64,000 nucleotides of DNA, taken from an uncultured Hyphomicrobiales bacterium. Lineage in GTDB: Bacteria; Bacteroidota; Ignavibacteria; Kapaibacteriales; UBA2268. Position 1 is the first letter of the stretch, and every line of letters starts with the position of its first letter. Of the stretch, positions 38,343 through 48,962 are shown one piece after another. Below the pieces are notes generated by a model, which saw only the letters and a program-made list of their open reading frames with translations, did not search any database and was not told where the DNA came from. The DNA is taken from positions 26,519 through 90,518 of the forward strand of contig CAYXFU010000002.1 of the NCBI GenBank assembly GCA_964464375.1. Direction: 5' to 3'. The translations under genes and the position numbers were made by a program.

Positions 38343-39842
38343 TTATTTTTCGGGTGAAGCCTCTGATGCGTATTTCAACAATTCTTTCATGTCCCAACTT
38401 GGAGCATCATATCTGAACCATTTTTTTTCAACAAAGAAATTATAATATTTCTGACAAGCCATGGCTATTGCTGAACCAAGGTTGAGATGATCCCTCCAAC
38501 TTACCCATTCTTCGAAGCATCCATTGATTCCTGATGTTGTTTCAATTGTTCCGTGAACTACTTTATCCTTAAAATTCACCCACCACCAGCTCTCGGGAAA
38601 TATTTTCTTGTCCATTGTAACTCCCGGTTCATAGCTCGTTTTAAGGAATAATGTATCCCCACAGTATTCTTTTGAGACCTCTCTTACAAAATTCAGTTGT
38701 CGAATCAACATTGTGTCTCCCTCTGCTCCATGTTCAGGTAATGACCTTCTGAAGTTAGAGAAAAGAAATGGTCTTTCCTGAGGTAAAGCATTTGTAGAAT
38801 GGAAATTAAAAGCTGCGATGAAGTCTGGACCAACCGATGCAAGTTCAATTATTTTTGAACTAATTAGTTTGACTTCCTGAGCGACAGTGTCAATAAGGTT
38901 TTTATTGTCAGATCCGCTTTTTCTTAGCCACTGCCGTTCAAGATCAACTCCGGTAGGAGCAAGTCTCGCATTTCCTTCAGCAACTCCATCAACGTTAACT
39001 ATAGGGATAATGTTGAAAATTAGTTTCCCCAAATCTACTTTCTTGCAGCAATTGTTACAATCAGTAAGAATATATTCTATCAAGCCTTCAAGAACAAATG
39101 AGCTTCCAGTTTCAGATGGGTGTGTTCTTGACTGAATCCAAATCCTCTTTTTATTCTTATCATCAACCTTCGGATCTGTAATTGTAATAAGATTTAATGG
39201 TCTGTTGTGACTTGTTTTTCCTATCAGATCGACTTTAAAAAATGGATTCTTAAGATGTTTTCTAATTAGATTGTTAAGTCTTCCTAATGAATAAGGATAA
39301 TATCTTGCAAGCCAAACAACAGAAGAATCGAATCTCTTTTGGATTGAGTAGTTGTAATATCCTTCGTCTTCTTTTTCAGGGACAACTTCTTCCGGGCGTA
39401 AACGATGCCAGGTTTTACGATCGTATGAATATACAGGTAAAACATAGTCTCTTCCTTTCCATCCGTCACCGACTATTATGACCCTTGAAACAGCTTTTGT
39501 GTTAACCCCTTCTATCTTTGTGTACCACCAGTTTCTAAACTTCGGATTCAAATTATGATTATTGTTATCATCCTTGACCTGAACATGCCATTCAAGAATG
39601 CCACTCATGTAACCTTCCTCAGTTGAATCCGATGGGAATAAACTATTTAGATCAACAGGGAGACCTGCTTCAGCATTATTTGAAGGTTCAACTTCTTCGA
39701 CTACTTCTTTCTTACTTTTCTTCTTTTTATCCTTTTCCTTTTTCTCTTTTTCGGCAAATCCGATATTTGTCAATAATGACATTGAGATAAAAATTAATAC
39801 AGTAAGAGATAAAATTCTTCGAATGAGTTTGATCATATTCAT
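38343..39842 (-). CDS. M14-family zinc carboxypeptidase-like secreted protein with an N-terminal K/E-rich low-complexity segment
   Basis: Signal peptide. A candidate zinc HxxE motif RTHPSETGSS lies in a carboxypeptidase-like context. EKEKKEKDKKKKSKKEVVEEVE repeat. The assignment is tentative. Confidence 0.5.
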   Translation of the reverse strand: MNMIKLIRRILSLTVLIFISMSLLTNIGFAEKEKKEKDKKKKSKKEVVEEVEPSNNAEAGLPVDLNSLFPSDSTEEGYMSGILEWHVQVKDDNNNHNLNPKFRNWWYTKIEGVNTKAVSRVIIVGDGWKGRDYVLPVYSYDRKTWHRLRPEEVVPEKEDEGYYNYSIQKRFDSSVVWLARYYPYSLGRLNNLIRKHLKNPFFKVDLIGKTSHNRPLNLITITDPKVDDKNKKRIWIQSRTHPSETGSSFVLEGLIEYILTDCNNCCKKVDLGKLIFNIIPIVNVDGVAEGNARLAPTGVDLERQWLRKSGSDNKNLIDTVAQEVKLISSKIIELASVGPDFIAAFNFHSTNALPQERPFLFSNFRRSLPEHGAEGDTMLIRQLNFVREVSKEYCGDTLFLKTSYEPGVTMDKKIFPESWWWVNFKDKVVHGTIETTSGINGCFEEWVSWRDHLNLGSAIAMACQKYYNFFVEKKWFRYDAPSWDMKELLKYASEASPEK

Positions 39843-39873
39843 AATTTTGCTGTTATTTGAAAGAAGAAAATGT

Positions 39874-41433
39874 TTAGGAAATAATTAACTTGCTTAAAAT
39901 AGCTTTAGCTGTGTTTTGTCCGTCTATAGCCGAAGAAACGATACCCCCTGCATAACCGGCTCCCTCACCGCAAGGATATAGATTATCTATACCATTATGG
40001 ATTAAAGATTCTCGATCTCGTGGTATTCTAACAGGAGAACTAGTCCGCGATTCCAGTCCAATAACATTTGCATCAGAGGTTATGAAGCCTCTCAACTTTG
40101 TTCCGAAACTAGTTAATCCGTTTAGTAATGCTATATTTATGTCTTTAGGAAATAACCTGTTTAAATTTGAGTTAACTAATCCTGGAATATAGGATGATTC
40201 CATCAAGCTTGATGAAGAACTGTTAGAAATAAAATCAACTAAACGCTGTGCGGGAGCTTTTAAAGGATGCTCATTGTCGGCGGTAAAGAATCTGCTTTCA
40301 AGTTCCTCCTGGAACTTTAGTCCTGCTAAGGCACCGAATTCTAAAAACTTTGTAAAATCTCTTTCATCAACGGTTGTTACTATTCCGGAATTAGCAAATT
40401 TGGAACTACGTTTTGACATTGACATCCCATTCACTACAAGTTCTTTTTCTGCTGTAACTGCTGGAACAATAATTCCGCCTGGGCACATGCAAAATGAGAA
40501 TACACCCCGTCCATTTGCCTGAGCCGCTAATCTGTAGCTGGCTGGGGGGAGATCATAGTCACTAGAACCATATTGAATTTTGTCAATCAGTTCCTGGTAA
40601 TGCTCGATTCGGAAGCCTACTGCATATGGTTTGACTTCTATGTTTATCTTCTTGTCATAACATAAATAATAAATATCCCTTGCTGAGTGACCAGTTGCTA
40701 GAATTACCGAATCGCCAAAATGTTCATCCGTAGTATTTACGATTACACCGCAGGCTGAGCTATTTCTTATGATAATATCAGTTACCTTTGATTCAAAATG
40801 AACTTCGCCACCATGTTGAATAATGGTTTCCCTTATCGCTGCAACGATTTTATGAAGTTTATTAGAACCAATATGAGGGTGTGCATCAACTAAAATATCC
40901 GGATTGGCTCCATGTTCTACTAGGATATTAAGAACTTTTTTAGTGTTGCCACGTTTATCTGATCTGGTATATAGCTTACCGTCAGAATATGTGCCTGCAC
41001 CACCTTCACCAAAGCAATAATTAGAATCAGGATTCACGATTCCATTTTGCATAATGTCCCGAATATCTCTTCTGCGAGATTGAACATCCTTACCACGTTC
41101 AAATACAATAGGTTTAATGCCCATCTCAAGAAGTTCAAGTGCGGCGAAATACCCGGCTGGACCAGAACCCACAATGATTACCCGATACTTCTCAGTTGTA
41201 TCGCGATATGTACTTTTGATTGACTCCTTTTCAGGTGGATTTTCGTTACAATATACTTCAGCCAAAAGTTGATATCTCGGCTTTTTATTTCTCGAATCCA
41301 GTGAGCGTTTTAAATATTCTATACTAGAAATGTCTTCCGAGTTTAATAAACACTCACGAGCAATTATTTTACGAATTAGGGCATCATCATTTATCTGTTC
41401 CGGCTTTAATTCTATTGTTACAGTCTTTATCAA
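39874..41433 (-). CDS. FAD-dependent oxidoreductase (COG2509-type NAD(FAD)-utilising dehydrogenase)
   Basis: YRVIIVGSGPAGYFAALELLEMGIKPIVFERG Rossmann motif. 519 aa architecture typical of this uncharacterised dehydrogenase family. Confidence 0.8.
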   Translation of the reverse strand: MIKTVTIELKPEQINDDALIRKIIARECLLNSEDISSIEYLKRSLDSRNKKPRYQLLAEVYCNENPPEKESIKSTYRDTTEKYRVIIVGSGPAGYFAALELLEMGIKPIVFERGKDVQSRRRDIRDIMQNGIVNPDSNYCFGEGGAGTYSDGKLYTRSDKRGNTKKVLNILVEHGANPDILVDAHPHIGSNKLHKIVAAIRETIIQHGGEVHFESKVTDIIIRNSSACGVIVNTTDEHFGDSVILATGHSARDIYYLCYDKKINIEVKPYAVGFRIEHYQELIDKIQYGSSDYDLPPASYRLAAQANGRGVFSFCMCPGGIIVPAVTAEKELVVNGMSMSKRSSKFANSGIVTTVDERDFTKFLEFGALAGLKFQEELESRFFTADNEHPLKAPAQRLVDFISNSSSSSLMESSYIPGLVNSNLNRLFPKDINIALLNGLTSFGTKLRGFITSDANVIGLESRTSSPVRIPRDRESLIHNGIDNLYPCGEGAGYAGGIVSSAIDGQNTAKAILSKLIIS

Positions 41434-41442
41434 TCTTATTCC

Positions 41443-43518
41443 TTACTTTAATATTTCAAATTTTTCTGTAGTCACTTGTTCATTGTTGATGTTGATATTT
41501 AAAAAATAAATACCATTATTTAGATCTTTGATATCAATAAGATGTTCATCCGAATAATTTCCCCGGCAGATCTCGGAACCATTCACATTGACAATTACAT
41601 ATTCTATTTTACCGGAGATTTGATCTGATTCGATAAATAATTGATCAGTAGCTGGATTAGGATAAATATTGCTTTTTATATTTATAGCATTTGACTTAAT
41701 GTAAGAAACATTGATACTAGAACTGACTCCCAATTCATCAATAACAAACAAACGATTATTTTGGTTAAGTGATATATCAATAATACTAGTATTCGGAGAA
41801 TTCCATTCAAAAGTTGTTGAATCCCAAGTGGCTCCTTTGTCATTTGAAAAATATATTCTCTTGGAAGAGGCAGCAATTATCTGTTCAGCACGATTGACGA
41901 TAACTCTTTTGAGTCTGGTTTTAGTGAAAACTACATCAAGTTTTGTGAAATCAGTATTAGTTTTGATGATACCCATTGAATCAGTGACTATATAAACATC
42001 ATCATTTTTGCTAATAAGAATGCTTCTCATCATTGGGATTGGGTAGGGAAATAATAACTTTTGCCAGTCATTTTTACCTGCAGAAGTTTTAAATAATCCT
42101 GAATCGGAAGTTAATAAATATAAGTTTTCTTTTGAATCCAAACTAATACCTATACCTTTTCTATTCGTAATTCCATTATTATAAAGGTCCCAATTTTCTC
42201 CATTATCACTAGACTTAACAGCCCCGAGTGCTAATGCTGCGAACAAATTACTTTTACTGTCATAAGCAAAAGATTCGATTGCACGACTGTTGTTTGTATA
42301 GAATTGTTCGAATGCTTCTCCATTATCCTTTGATCTTAGTATCCCTCCCATTCCAGAAGTACAGAAAATATCGCCCCAGGGGCTATGACTCAAAGTATTA
42401 TAAGTAATGCCCCTGAATCTCGTATTCCATTGAGAAGATGATGGGTTATCCATTTGATAAAGAACTTTGTTTGCTGATGAAGTAATAACATATTCCTTCG
42501 ATGGGGTATTAAAAGCTATAATTTTTGATAGTGACAGATTTGTAAATCCAAAGTCAATTTCCTCAAATTTGGTCCATCTTTCACTTGATTTGAATATACC
42601 ATAGGCGCCTGAAACAATTATCTCATCATTTGAATTGACAAAGGCATTGACTCCAACTATATCAGTCTTTTTGTCAACTTCAGTCCAACTATCTCCAAGA
42701 TTAGTTGAGTAATATACTCCAATTGATGTAGCTAGAAAAATAGTTGTATCATTCAAAAGGAATAAGGATTTTGAATCCTCAACATAAATTCCATTGGCAA
42801 GTTCTTCCCATGATGCTCCTAAGTCGTCTGATCTGTAGAGTCCCTTGGGTGTTGCAGCGAACATCAGCCCATTCTTAGTGATAACTAAATCCCTGACATT
42901 TTTTGATCGCATGCCGACAGTATCCAACATTTTGAAAGAATTGCCATAATCATTTGATATCAACACTCCGAACCGACTAGTACCTGCAAGAACTATAGAA
43001 TCCTTAAAGTATATCATTTTAGTATAGACTATTGAGTCCATTGAAGTTGCCAAATTCCATGTTAACCCATTATCATCGGATATGAAATAGTTATTATTTG
43101 ACATAGCGGAAAGAATTCTATTCGGAGCAGGACAACAAATAGATGTTGAATAAACAAAGGGCTTGAAAGATATTAATTTTGTCCATGAAAACCCATCATC
43201 TTTTGAAACGAACAATCCCTTGTTGAAAACAGAAGCAAAGACTTCTTTATTTGCATTGACAGCCAGCATTCTTATCGTTCCTGTAAGGTTAGTGTCAGCT
43301 ACCATTTCCCAATCTCCTGAACGATTTACGAATAATCCAAGAATAGAAGAGCCGGAAAAGAGAGTAGGATCGATTCCTTTAGTAAATTGATTTGATACCA
43401 TACAGTTCGGTTGACCACCGTAAGGACCTAACAGACGTTTGAAATTATGGTTTTCCTGATTGAATAATTTCCCGGAAAAAATCACTATTACAAACAGTAA
43501 AGAAAAGAATAGTTTCAT
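41443..43518 (-). CDS. BNR/Asp-box repeat beta-propeller protein (Ycf48/sialidase-like) with a T9SS C-terminal sorting domain
   Basis: Seven or more Asp-boxes (SDDNGLTWNL, SNDYGNSF, SDDLGASWEE, STNLGDSWTE, SKDNGEAF, SSDNGENWD, SNDKGATWDS). The C-terminal GIYFLNININNEQVTTEKFEILK is a T9SS C-terminal domain. Confidence 0.8.
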   Translation of the reverse strand: MKLFFSLLFVIVIFSGKLFNQENHNFKRLLGPYGGQPNCMVSNQFTKGIDPTLFSGSSILGLFVNRSGDWEMVADTNLTGTIRMLAVNANKEVFASVFNKGLFVSKDDGFSWTKLISFKPFVYSTSICCPAPNRILSAMSNNNYFISDDNGLTWNLATSMDSIVYTKMIYFKDSIVLAGTSRFGVLISNDYGNSFKMLDTVGMRSKNVRDLVITKNGLMFAATPKGLYRSDDLGASWEELANGIYVEDSKSLFLLNDTTIFLATSIGVYYSTNLGDSWTEVDKKTDIVGVNAFVNSNDEIIVSGAYGIFKSSERWTKFEEIDFGFTNLSLSKIIAFNTPSKEYVITSSANKVLYQMDNPSSSQWNTRFRGITYNTLSHSPWGDIFCTSGMGGILRSKDNGEAFEQFYTNNSRAIESFAYDSKSNLFAALALGAVKSSDNGENWDLYNNGITNRKGIGISLDSKENLYLLTSDSGLFKTSAGKNDWQKLLFPYPIPMMRSILISKNDDVYIVTDSMGIIKTNTDFTKLDVVFTKTRLKRVIVNRAEQIIAASSKRIYFSNDKGATWDSTTFEWNSPNTSIIDISLNQNNRLFVIDELGVSSSINVSYIKSNAINIKSNIYPNPATDQLFIESDQISGKIEYVIVNVNGSEICRGNYSDEHLIDIKDLNNGIYFLNININNEQVTTEKFEILK

Positions 43519-43760
43519 GAAAACCTCCGTTTGTGGTGAATGTGCTGAAAATAATTAAAAAATACTAAATACAACTTACCAAAAAATTTAATCAAAAATA
43601 AATGAAAAGAATCGTAGAAATAATTTCTAGATTAGCTAATTACTTTTAAAAGATTTGTGAAACATTAAAATTATTATTTATTAAAAAACGTTAATATTAT
43701 TGAATCCATGATGTTGTTTTTTTACTAATTATTTCTTTAACATTTGATTTAATTTTTTTA

Positions 43761-44138
43761 ATGAGAATCTCTGCATTAACACCGATGCTCTGGACATGTA
43801 AACTTAAGGAAACGATAGAGTTTTATACCACTATTCTTAGATTTACTTGTTTGGAATGCAATGAAAAGTGGGGATGGGTATCAATTTCAAAAGATGATCT
43901 TGGGTTGATGATAGCTGAGCCTTTTGCTCATACAGATTTTGTTAAACCTTTCTTCACGGGATCTTTTTGCTTCTCTGTAGAGGATATTGATGAATTATGG
44001 CATAATTTGAAAGATAAAGTTCAAATTTGCTACTATCTTGATGATTTCGAATATGGAATGCGTGATTTTACTATTTATGACAACAATGGCTATATACTTC
44101 AATTTGGTCAGGCTGTATTCTCAGATAATGAATCATAA
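43761..44138 (+). CDS. VOC (glyoxalase/bleomycin-resistance) family protein
   Basis: 125 aa with a glyoxalase-like fold signature (MLWTCKLKETIEFYTTILRF...GYILQFGQ). Confidence 0.65.
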   Translation: MRISALTPMLWTCKLKETIEFYTTILRFTCLECNEKWGWVSISKDDLGLMIAEPFAHTDFVKPFFTGSFCFSVEDIDELWHNLKDKVQICYYLDDFEYGMRDFTIYDNNGYILQFGQAVFSDNES

Positions 44139-44680
44139 TGATTAAGTCCAGACTTTTTTACAATTCTCCTATTGGTGCATTAGAAATTGTTGGAACCAAT
44201 GATGGGATTGAGAATATCATATTTGTTCACTTGTTGAATGACATTAGATCTTGCTGTCCTGGTTTGAATACCTTAACTTCTTTTACAGAGAATTCTTTAA
44301 ATAAGAATCTAATTGATTTTCCAGAACCAATCAAAGATTGTGTAAAGCAATTAGACGAATACTTTGATGGTAAAAGAAAAGATTTTCATGTAAAACTGAA
44401 TCCCAATGGTACTGAGTTTCAGCATAAGATATGGGGTATAGTTGCAGATGTTACATTTGGGAAAACTAGTACATATCAAGAGATAGCTCGTAGATATGGT
44501 GATGTAAAATCAGTTAGAGCTGTTGGTAATGCAAATAGTAAAAATCCAATACCAATAATTATACCATGTCATAGAATAATTGGTACAAATGGAAAACTTA
44601 CCGGTTATGCAGGTGGATTGTTACGCAAACAATGGCTTCTTACTCATGAATCGAATCTAGAACAAAATCTTTTCTTATAA
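44138..44680 (+). CDS. ogt: Methylated-DNA-protein-cysteine methyltransferase
   Basis: Active-site motif IPCHRIIGTNGKLTGYAGG. The start overlaps the VOC gene's stop (ATGA). Confidence 0.9.
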   Translation: MIKSRLFYNSPIGALEIVGTNDGIENIIFVHLLNDIRSCCPGLNTLTSFTENSLNKNLIDFPEPIKDCVKQLDEYFDGKRKDFHVKLNPNGTEFQHKIWGIVADVTFGKTSTYQEIARRYGDVKSVRAVGNANSKNPIPIIIPCHRIIGTNGKLTGYAGGLLRKQWLLTHESNLEQNLFL

Positions 44681-44790
44681 CCAATTTTGAATAATCTGTA
44701 TTTACTTCAGTAAATTTTAATTAAAGTTGATTTATGGCAAAAGATTTGATAAGTCTAATCGTGTTTCAGTCCTTTTAGAACGGGAAAAAT

Positions 44791-46992
44791 TTGTTTTCAG
44801 ACGATACATATAACGATGGACACCATCTTGGTCAAAACCTAACTGCTGATCTGGAAAATCTATTATTGAACTGCCGTAAAAATTTCCAGGGATCATTTGA
44901 TGAAGATATGGTCCGTAAAGCATTTCTATGGTGCACAAATACACATAAGAACCAAGTACGTAAGTCCGGAGATCCATACTATACTCATCCTTTAAATGTG
45001 GCTCAGATAATAGCAATGGAAATGCCATTGGATGATATCTCTATTGCTGCAGCCCTATTGCATGAAATTACGCGTCACGGTGGTCCATATACGTTAAGAG
45101 ATCTACATTCTGAATTTGGCCAGACTGTGGCTGAAATAGTTGAAGGCGTACAGAAGATTCATCATGTTGAAACTTATAATATTGAAGAACTGGATAACTA
45201 CCGCAGGCTTTTATTGTCCTTATTCAAAGATGTGAGAATAATATTAATAAAACTTGCCGATAGACTACATAACATGAGAACACTGGATTATCTTGATCCT
45301 GAAAGACAAAGGAAGATGAGTAACGAAACACTCGAAATATACTCTCCTTTTGCTCATCGATTCGGTCTTGGAAATATAAAGTGGGAGCTTGAAGATTTAG
45401 CATTCAAACATCTTAATTACGATGCCTACAAACGCATCAGAGAAGCTATTCAGCTAACAAGGAAGGAACGAGAGGAATATCTTAACAAGTTTATTCTTCC
45501 TGTGAAAGAGAAGCTCAATAATGACCCTATGATAATTGCATTAAAAACATCTTATGAAATTAAAGGCAGACCAAAGCATATCTATTCGATCTATAATAAA
45601 ACAATAATACGTGAAAAACCCCTCGAGGAACTCTACGATCTGTTTGCAGTTAGGATTATTCTTGATACAGACTATGATCATCTTTGCTTTTTGGTATTTG
45701 GTATAATATCTGAGTTGTACCAGATGGTTCCTGGTACATTCAAGAATTATATATCTAGCCCAAAGAAAAACGGTTATCAATCCATACATTCAGCTTTTTT
45801 TGGAAGTGATGGTAAGCCAGTTGAAGTGCAAATCCGGACTAGAGCCATGCATCTGGTCTCTGAAAAGGGAGTTGCTGCTCATTTCAATTATAAACCAGGA
45901 TTTTTGCCAGCTGGTTCAGTAATTCAGGATGACAATATTGAAGAATGGCTCGATCAAGTAAGAACCATATTTGAAACTTTAGGTGATGAAGCACCTGAGA
46001 CTCTGATAGAAAACGTCAGAAGAACATTGCTTTTCGACGAAATTTATGTTTTTACCCCTTTAAATGAACTAAGGTCGTTTCCTAAGGATGCTACAGCCCT
46101 TGATTTTGCCTTTGCCATACATACTGATATTGGTCAGCATTGCATTGGTGCTAAAGTTAACGGACGAATTGTACCACTTGATTGTAAATTACAAAGTGGT
46201 GATGTAATAGAAATACTTACATCACAAAACCAACTTCCTTCTAAGGATTGGCTTCAATTTGTTGTAACTCAGAAATCGAGAAATGCAATTCAAAAATACC
46301 TTAAAGAGACGATGAAGGAAGACATTTCAAAAGGCGAAGCAATCTTCTTAGAAATACTAAAGAAATTTAATTTGGACTTAAATACAACTGAGATTCAAAC
46401 ATTGCTCGATCATTTTCATACAGGTTCAATCGATGAGCTTTACATTGCATTAAACGAGGAGTTCCTCGATTCCGATCATCTTATATCTGTAATAAGCGAA
46501 ACTTTTGTTCTTCCTAAATTATCGCAAAATTTTACTCAGGGAATGCATCATGAAATTGAAAATCATAAAATAAATCTCCCAATAAAAATGGCTCCTTGTT
46601 GTTATCCATTACCAGGTGACCAGATAATTGGCCAGATAGTTCCTGGTACAGAAATCATAGTGCACCGCAGAATGTGCAACCGCTCGATAGAAATGATAAG
46701 CTCAAAAACATTTGCTACAATGAGACTAGATTGGAGTAAAATTGATCGTAAAACATTTACTGCCAAGATAGCTCTAAAGGGAGCTGACGATAATTCAATC
46801 AATCAAAATGTGACAAATATCGTATTGATGATGAAGAATGTACAGATTCAAGGATTCAAGTTTTCTAACAACAATGATGAGTTCACTGGGTATCTTACTA
46901 TCAGCTTTAAGAATATGCCGGATTACCTCGATCTTTTTGAAAAATTAAAGCAAATTGATGGAATAAAAGTAGTGGATAGATATGTAGAATAA
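44791..46992 (+). CDS. relA: Bifunctional (p)ppGpp synthetase/hydrolase (RelA/SpoT family)
   Basis: HD domain (YYTHPLNVAQI...AALLHE), RelA/SpoT synthetase domain, TGS and C-terminal ACT regions. 733 aa. Confidence 0.9.
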   Translation: MFSDDTYNDGHHLGQNLTADLENLLLNCRKNFQGSFDEDMVRKAFLWCTNTHKNQVRKSGDPYYTHPLNVAQIIAMEMPLDDISIAAALLHEITRHGGPYTLRDLHSEFGQTVAEIVEGVQKIHHVETYNIEELDNYRRLLLSLFKDVRIILIKLADRLHNMRTLDYLDPERQRKMSNETLEIYSPFAHRFGLGNIKWELEDLAFKHLNYDAYKRIREAIQLTRKEREEYLNKFILPVKEKLNNDPMIIALKTSYEIKGRPKHIYSIYNKTIIREKPLEELYDLFAVRIILDTDYDHLCFLVFGIISELYQMVPGTFKNYISSPKKNGYQSIHSAFFGSDGKPVEVQIRTRAMHLVSEKGVAAHFNYKPGFLPAGSVIQDDNIEEWLDQVRTIFETLGDEAPETLIENVRRTLLFDEIYVFTPLNELRSFPKDATALDFAFAIHTDIGQHCIGAKVNGRIVPLDCKLQSGDVIEILTSQNQLPSKDWLQFVVTQKSRNAIQKYLKETMKEDISKGEAIFLEILKKFNLDLNTTEIQTLLDHFHTGSIDELYIALNEEFLDSDHLISVISETFVLPKLSQNFTQGMHHEIENHKINLPIKMAPCCYPLPGDQIIGQIVPGTEIIVHRRMCNRSIEMISSKTFATMRLDWSKIDRKTFTAKIALKGADDNSINQNVTNIVLMMKNVQIQGFKFSNNNDEFTGYLTISFKNMPDYLDLFEKLKQIDGIKVVDRYVE

Positions 46993-47066
46993 TATTTTGA
47001 TTGTCTCTATGAGAAAAAATGTTTATTTTTGAAGAATAGTTTATTAAAACATTATAGAAAAAAGCT

Positions 47067-47567
47067 GTGAGTTTAGAATTCATTTTGTTTATAGTGCTTG
47101 GTGTATTGGGTATAGCAAGCGGGTTGGTAACAATCACATCCAAAAATCCAGTAGTTTCGGCAATGGCTCTCGTATTCCATTTCTTTATGCTTGCTGGTCT
47201 TTATCTTAATATGCACGCACAATTTCTTGCTGTACTTCAGGTACTTGTATATGCAGGTGCTATTATGGTGCTGGTAATATTTGTGATCATGCTTTTAAAT
47301 CTTGGTGATGAGGAAAAACTTAAAGAAAAATTAAGCATAAAAACATTTATTGCTGTTCTATTCGGATTAGTGCTATTAATCCAATTCGTGGTACTTTTCC
47401 TTACTACTTCAAGTACTTCTAGATTAAAGGAAAGCAATATTGGATCAGTCGAGATGATAGGTAATGAGCTCTTTACTAATTATTTATTCCCATTTGAAGC
47501 GATTTCACTTCTCCTTTTAGCCGCTATAATTGGATCGGTTATATTAGCAAAAAGAAAAGTTGATTAA
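47067..47567 (+). CDS. nuoJ: NADH-quinone oxidoreductase subunit J
   Basis: 166 aa with five TM helices. N-terminus MSLEFILFIVLGVLGIASGLVTITSKNPVVSAMALV. GTG start. Confidence 0.85.
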   Translation: MSLEFILFIVLGVLGIASGLVTITSKNPVVSAMALVFHFFMLAGLYLNMHAQFLAVLQVLVYAGAIMVLVIFVIMLLNLGDEEKLKEKLSIKTFIAVLFGLVLLIQFVVLFLTTSSTSRLKESNIGSVEMIGNELFTNYLFPFEAISLLLLAAIIGSVILAKRKVD

Positions 47568-47600
47568 TATTATTTTGAAAATTATTAAAAGATATTTGAT

Positions 47601-47912
47601 ATGCAAGAATCAGTTCCATTAAATTATTATTTAATACTATCTGCAATCTTCTTTGTGATGGGAGCGGTAGGTGTCCTAACCCGCAGAAATGCCATTATAA
47701 TCTTTATGTCTATCGAGATGATGCTCAATGCAGTAAATCTAACTTTTGTATCATTTTCTTCATTCAATTCTGATCCGGCTGGTCAGATATTTGTCTTTTT
47801 TGTGATGGCTGTTGCCGCCGCAGAAGCAGCGATTGGATTAGCAATTGTGTTGGCTCTTTATCGAAATCAACAAACCGTATATGTTGATAAGGTCAATCTG
47901 ATGAAATGGTAG
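47601..47912 (+). CDS. nuoK: NADH-quinone oxidoreductase subunit K
   Basis: 103 aa with three TM helices. [18 protein letters not shown] and [18 protein letters not shown] are signature NuoK motifs. Confidence 0.85.
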   Translation: MQESVPLNYYLILSAIFFVMGAVGVLTRRNAIIIFMSIEMMLNAVNLTFVSFSSFNSDPAGQIFVFFVMAVAAAEAAIGLAIVLALYRNQQTVYVDKVNLMKW

Positions 47913-48029
47913 AGTGAGATATAAAAGGATATATTGATTCTAATTACTTATTATAAATAAATAAATTGACTCATTGTTTTTCCTCACCAGAAAAATCCAA
48001 TGTAGTTAATAATATAACTTTAAAAATGA

Positions 48030-48058
48030 AGAAGCCGTCTATTGACGGCTTCTTCATT
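48030..48058. terminator. Hairpin terminator, probably bidirectional, between nuoK and the convergent NlpC/P60 gene
   Basis: GAAGAAGCCGTC-TATT-GACGGCTTCTTC, with ATTTTT on the minus strand. Confidence 0.5.
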
Positions 48059-48095
48059 ATAAAAAAATCAACAAATATTTCAAAAGGTCAAATCA

Positions 48096-48962
48096 TTATC
48101 TTGATGCCTTGTCGTTGTCACCTACTGAAATTCTCTTTGCTCCAATGAATCTTTTGTCATAATATGTACTTTCTAATGAGGATACTGTGACCCCATATCT
48201 TGAACTAGCATGAGCAAATAGATTATCACCTAGGTAAATACCAACATGCGAGATATATGCGTGTCTTCTCGTATGAAAGAAAATTAAATCTCCAAACTGA
48301 AGGTCAGATCTTTTAATAACCTTACCTACTGTAAATTGTTCTCTTGCTGTACGTGGTAGATGAATACCAGATGATTCCTTGAACATAGTAAGTACGAAAG
48401 CTGAACAATCAATAGCTCTGTCTGATGTACCTCCAAAATGATAAGGAGTTCCTAACCAATTTGTTATATTGTCAAATAATCCTTTTTTATCAACACCACC
48501 AGCTGTTGTATTGTCCTGCTCTGTTACACCTTCAATGTATGCTAGATAGATATCTTTGACACGGTCCACATCAATAACAACATCATCTTCGAGAGCTAAT
48601 TCATTTAAATCTTCACCTTCATCATAAACTGCTTCTTGTGTTACTACCCCATTTGAAGCAATATCCCCGCCACCATAAGCTAGTTTAGATAGCTCATCTG
48701 AGTTTTCTATAGTAGCCAACGCCAAGTTGCGGTTTTTCTGAATATCATAATGACGAGCAACTTTTTTAGACTTCTTTGATTTTTTTGAACTTTTCTTTAT
48801 TGTTTTTGAATGTGAGGATTTCTTACCTGAGGCGGATACTAGATCTGACGGGCTAATAAAAATTAATCCCGGAACTATAATCATGATAGTTACTAATATT
48901 CTGAGTCTTTTGGTAATTATATTCTGCATTCTTGTCTCCCTTGTTTTGCACACTTTTCTCAA
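48096..48962 (-). CDS. NlpC/P60 (C40) family cell-wall peptidase
   Basis: Catalytic Cys region AIDCSAFVLTMF and His region GDLIFFHTRRHAYISHVGIYLG. Signal-anchor N-terminus. Confidence 0.85.
   Translation of the reverse strand: MRKVCKTRETRMQNIITKRLRILVTIMIIVPGLIFISPSDLVSASGKKSSHSKTIKKSSKKSKKSKKVARHYDIQKNRNLALATIENSDELSKLAYGGGDIASNGVVTQEAVYDEGEDLNELALEDDVVIDVDRVKDIYLAYIEGVTEQDNTTAGGVDKKGLFDNITNWLGTPYHFGGTSDRAIDCSAFVLTMFKESSGIHLPRTAREQFTVGKVIKRSDLQFGDLIFFHTRRHAYISHVGIYLGDNLFAHASSRYGVTVSSLESTYYDKRFIGAKRISVGDNDKASR

Noticed and set aside
44732-45028. 98-aa minus-strand ORF overlapping the relA start
   Set aside because: It is antisense to the conserved relA/spoT N-terminus. No support.
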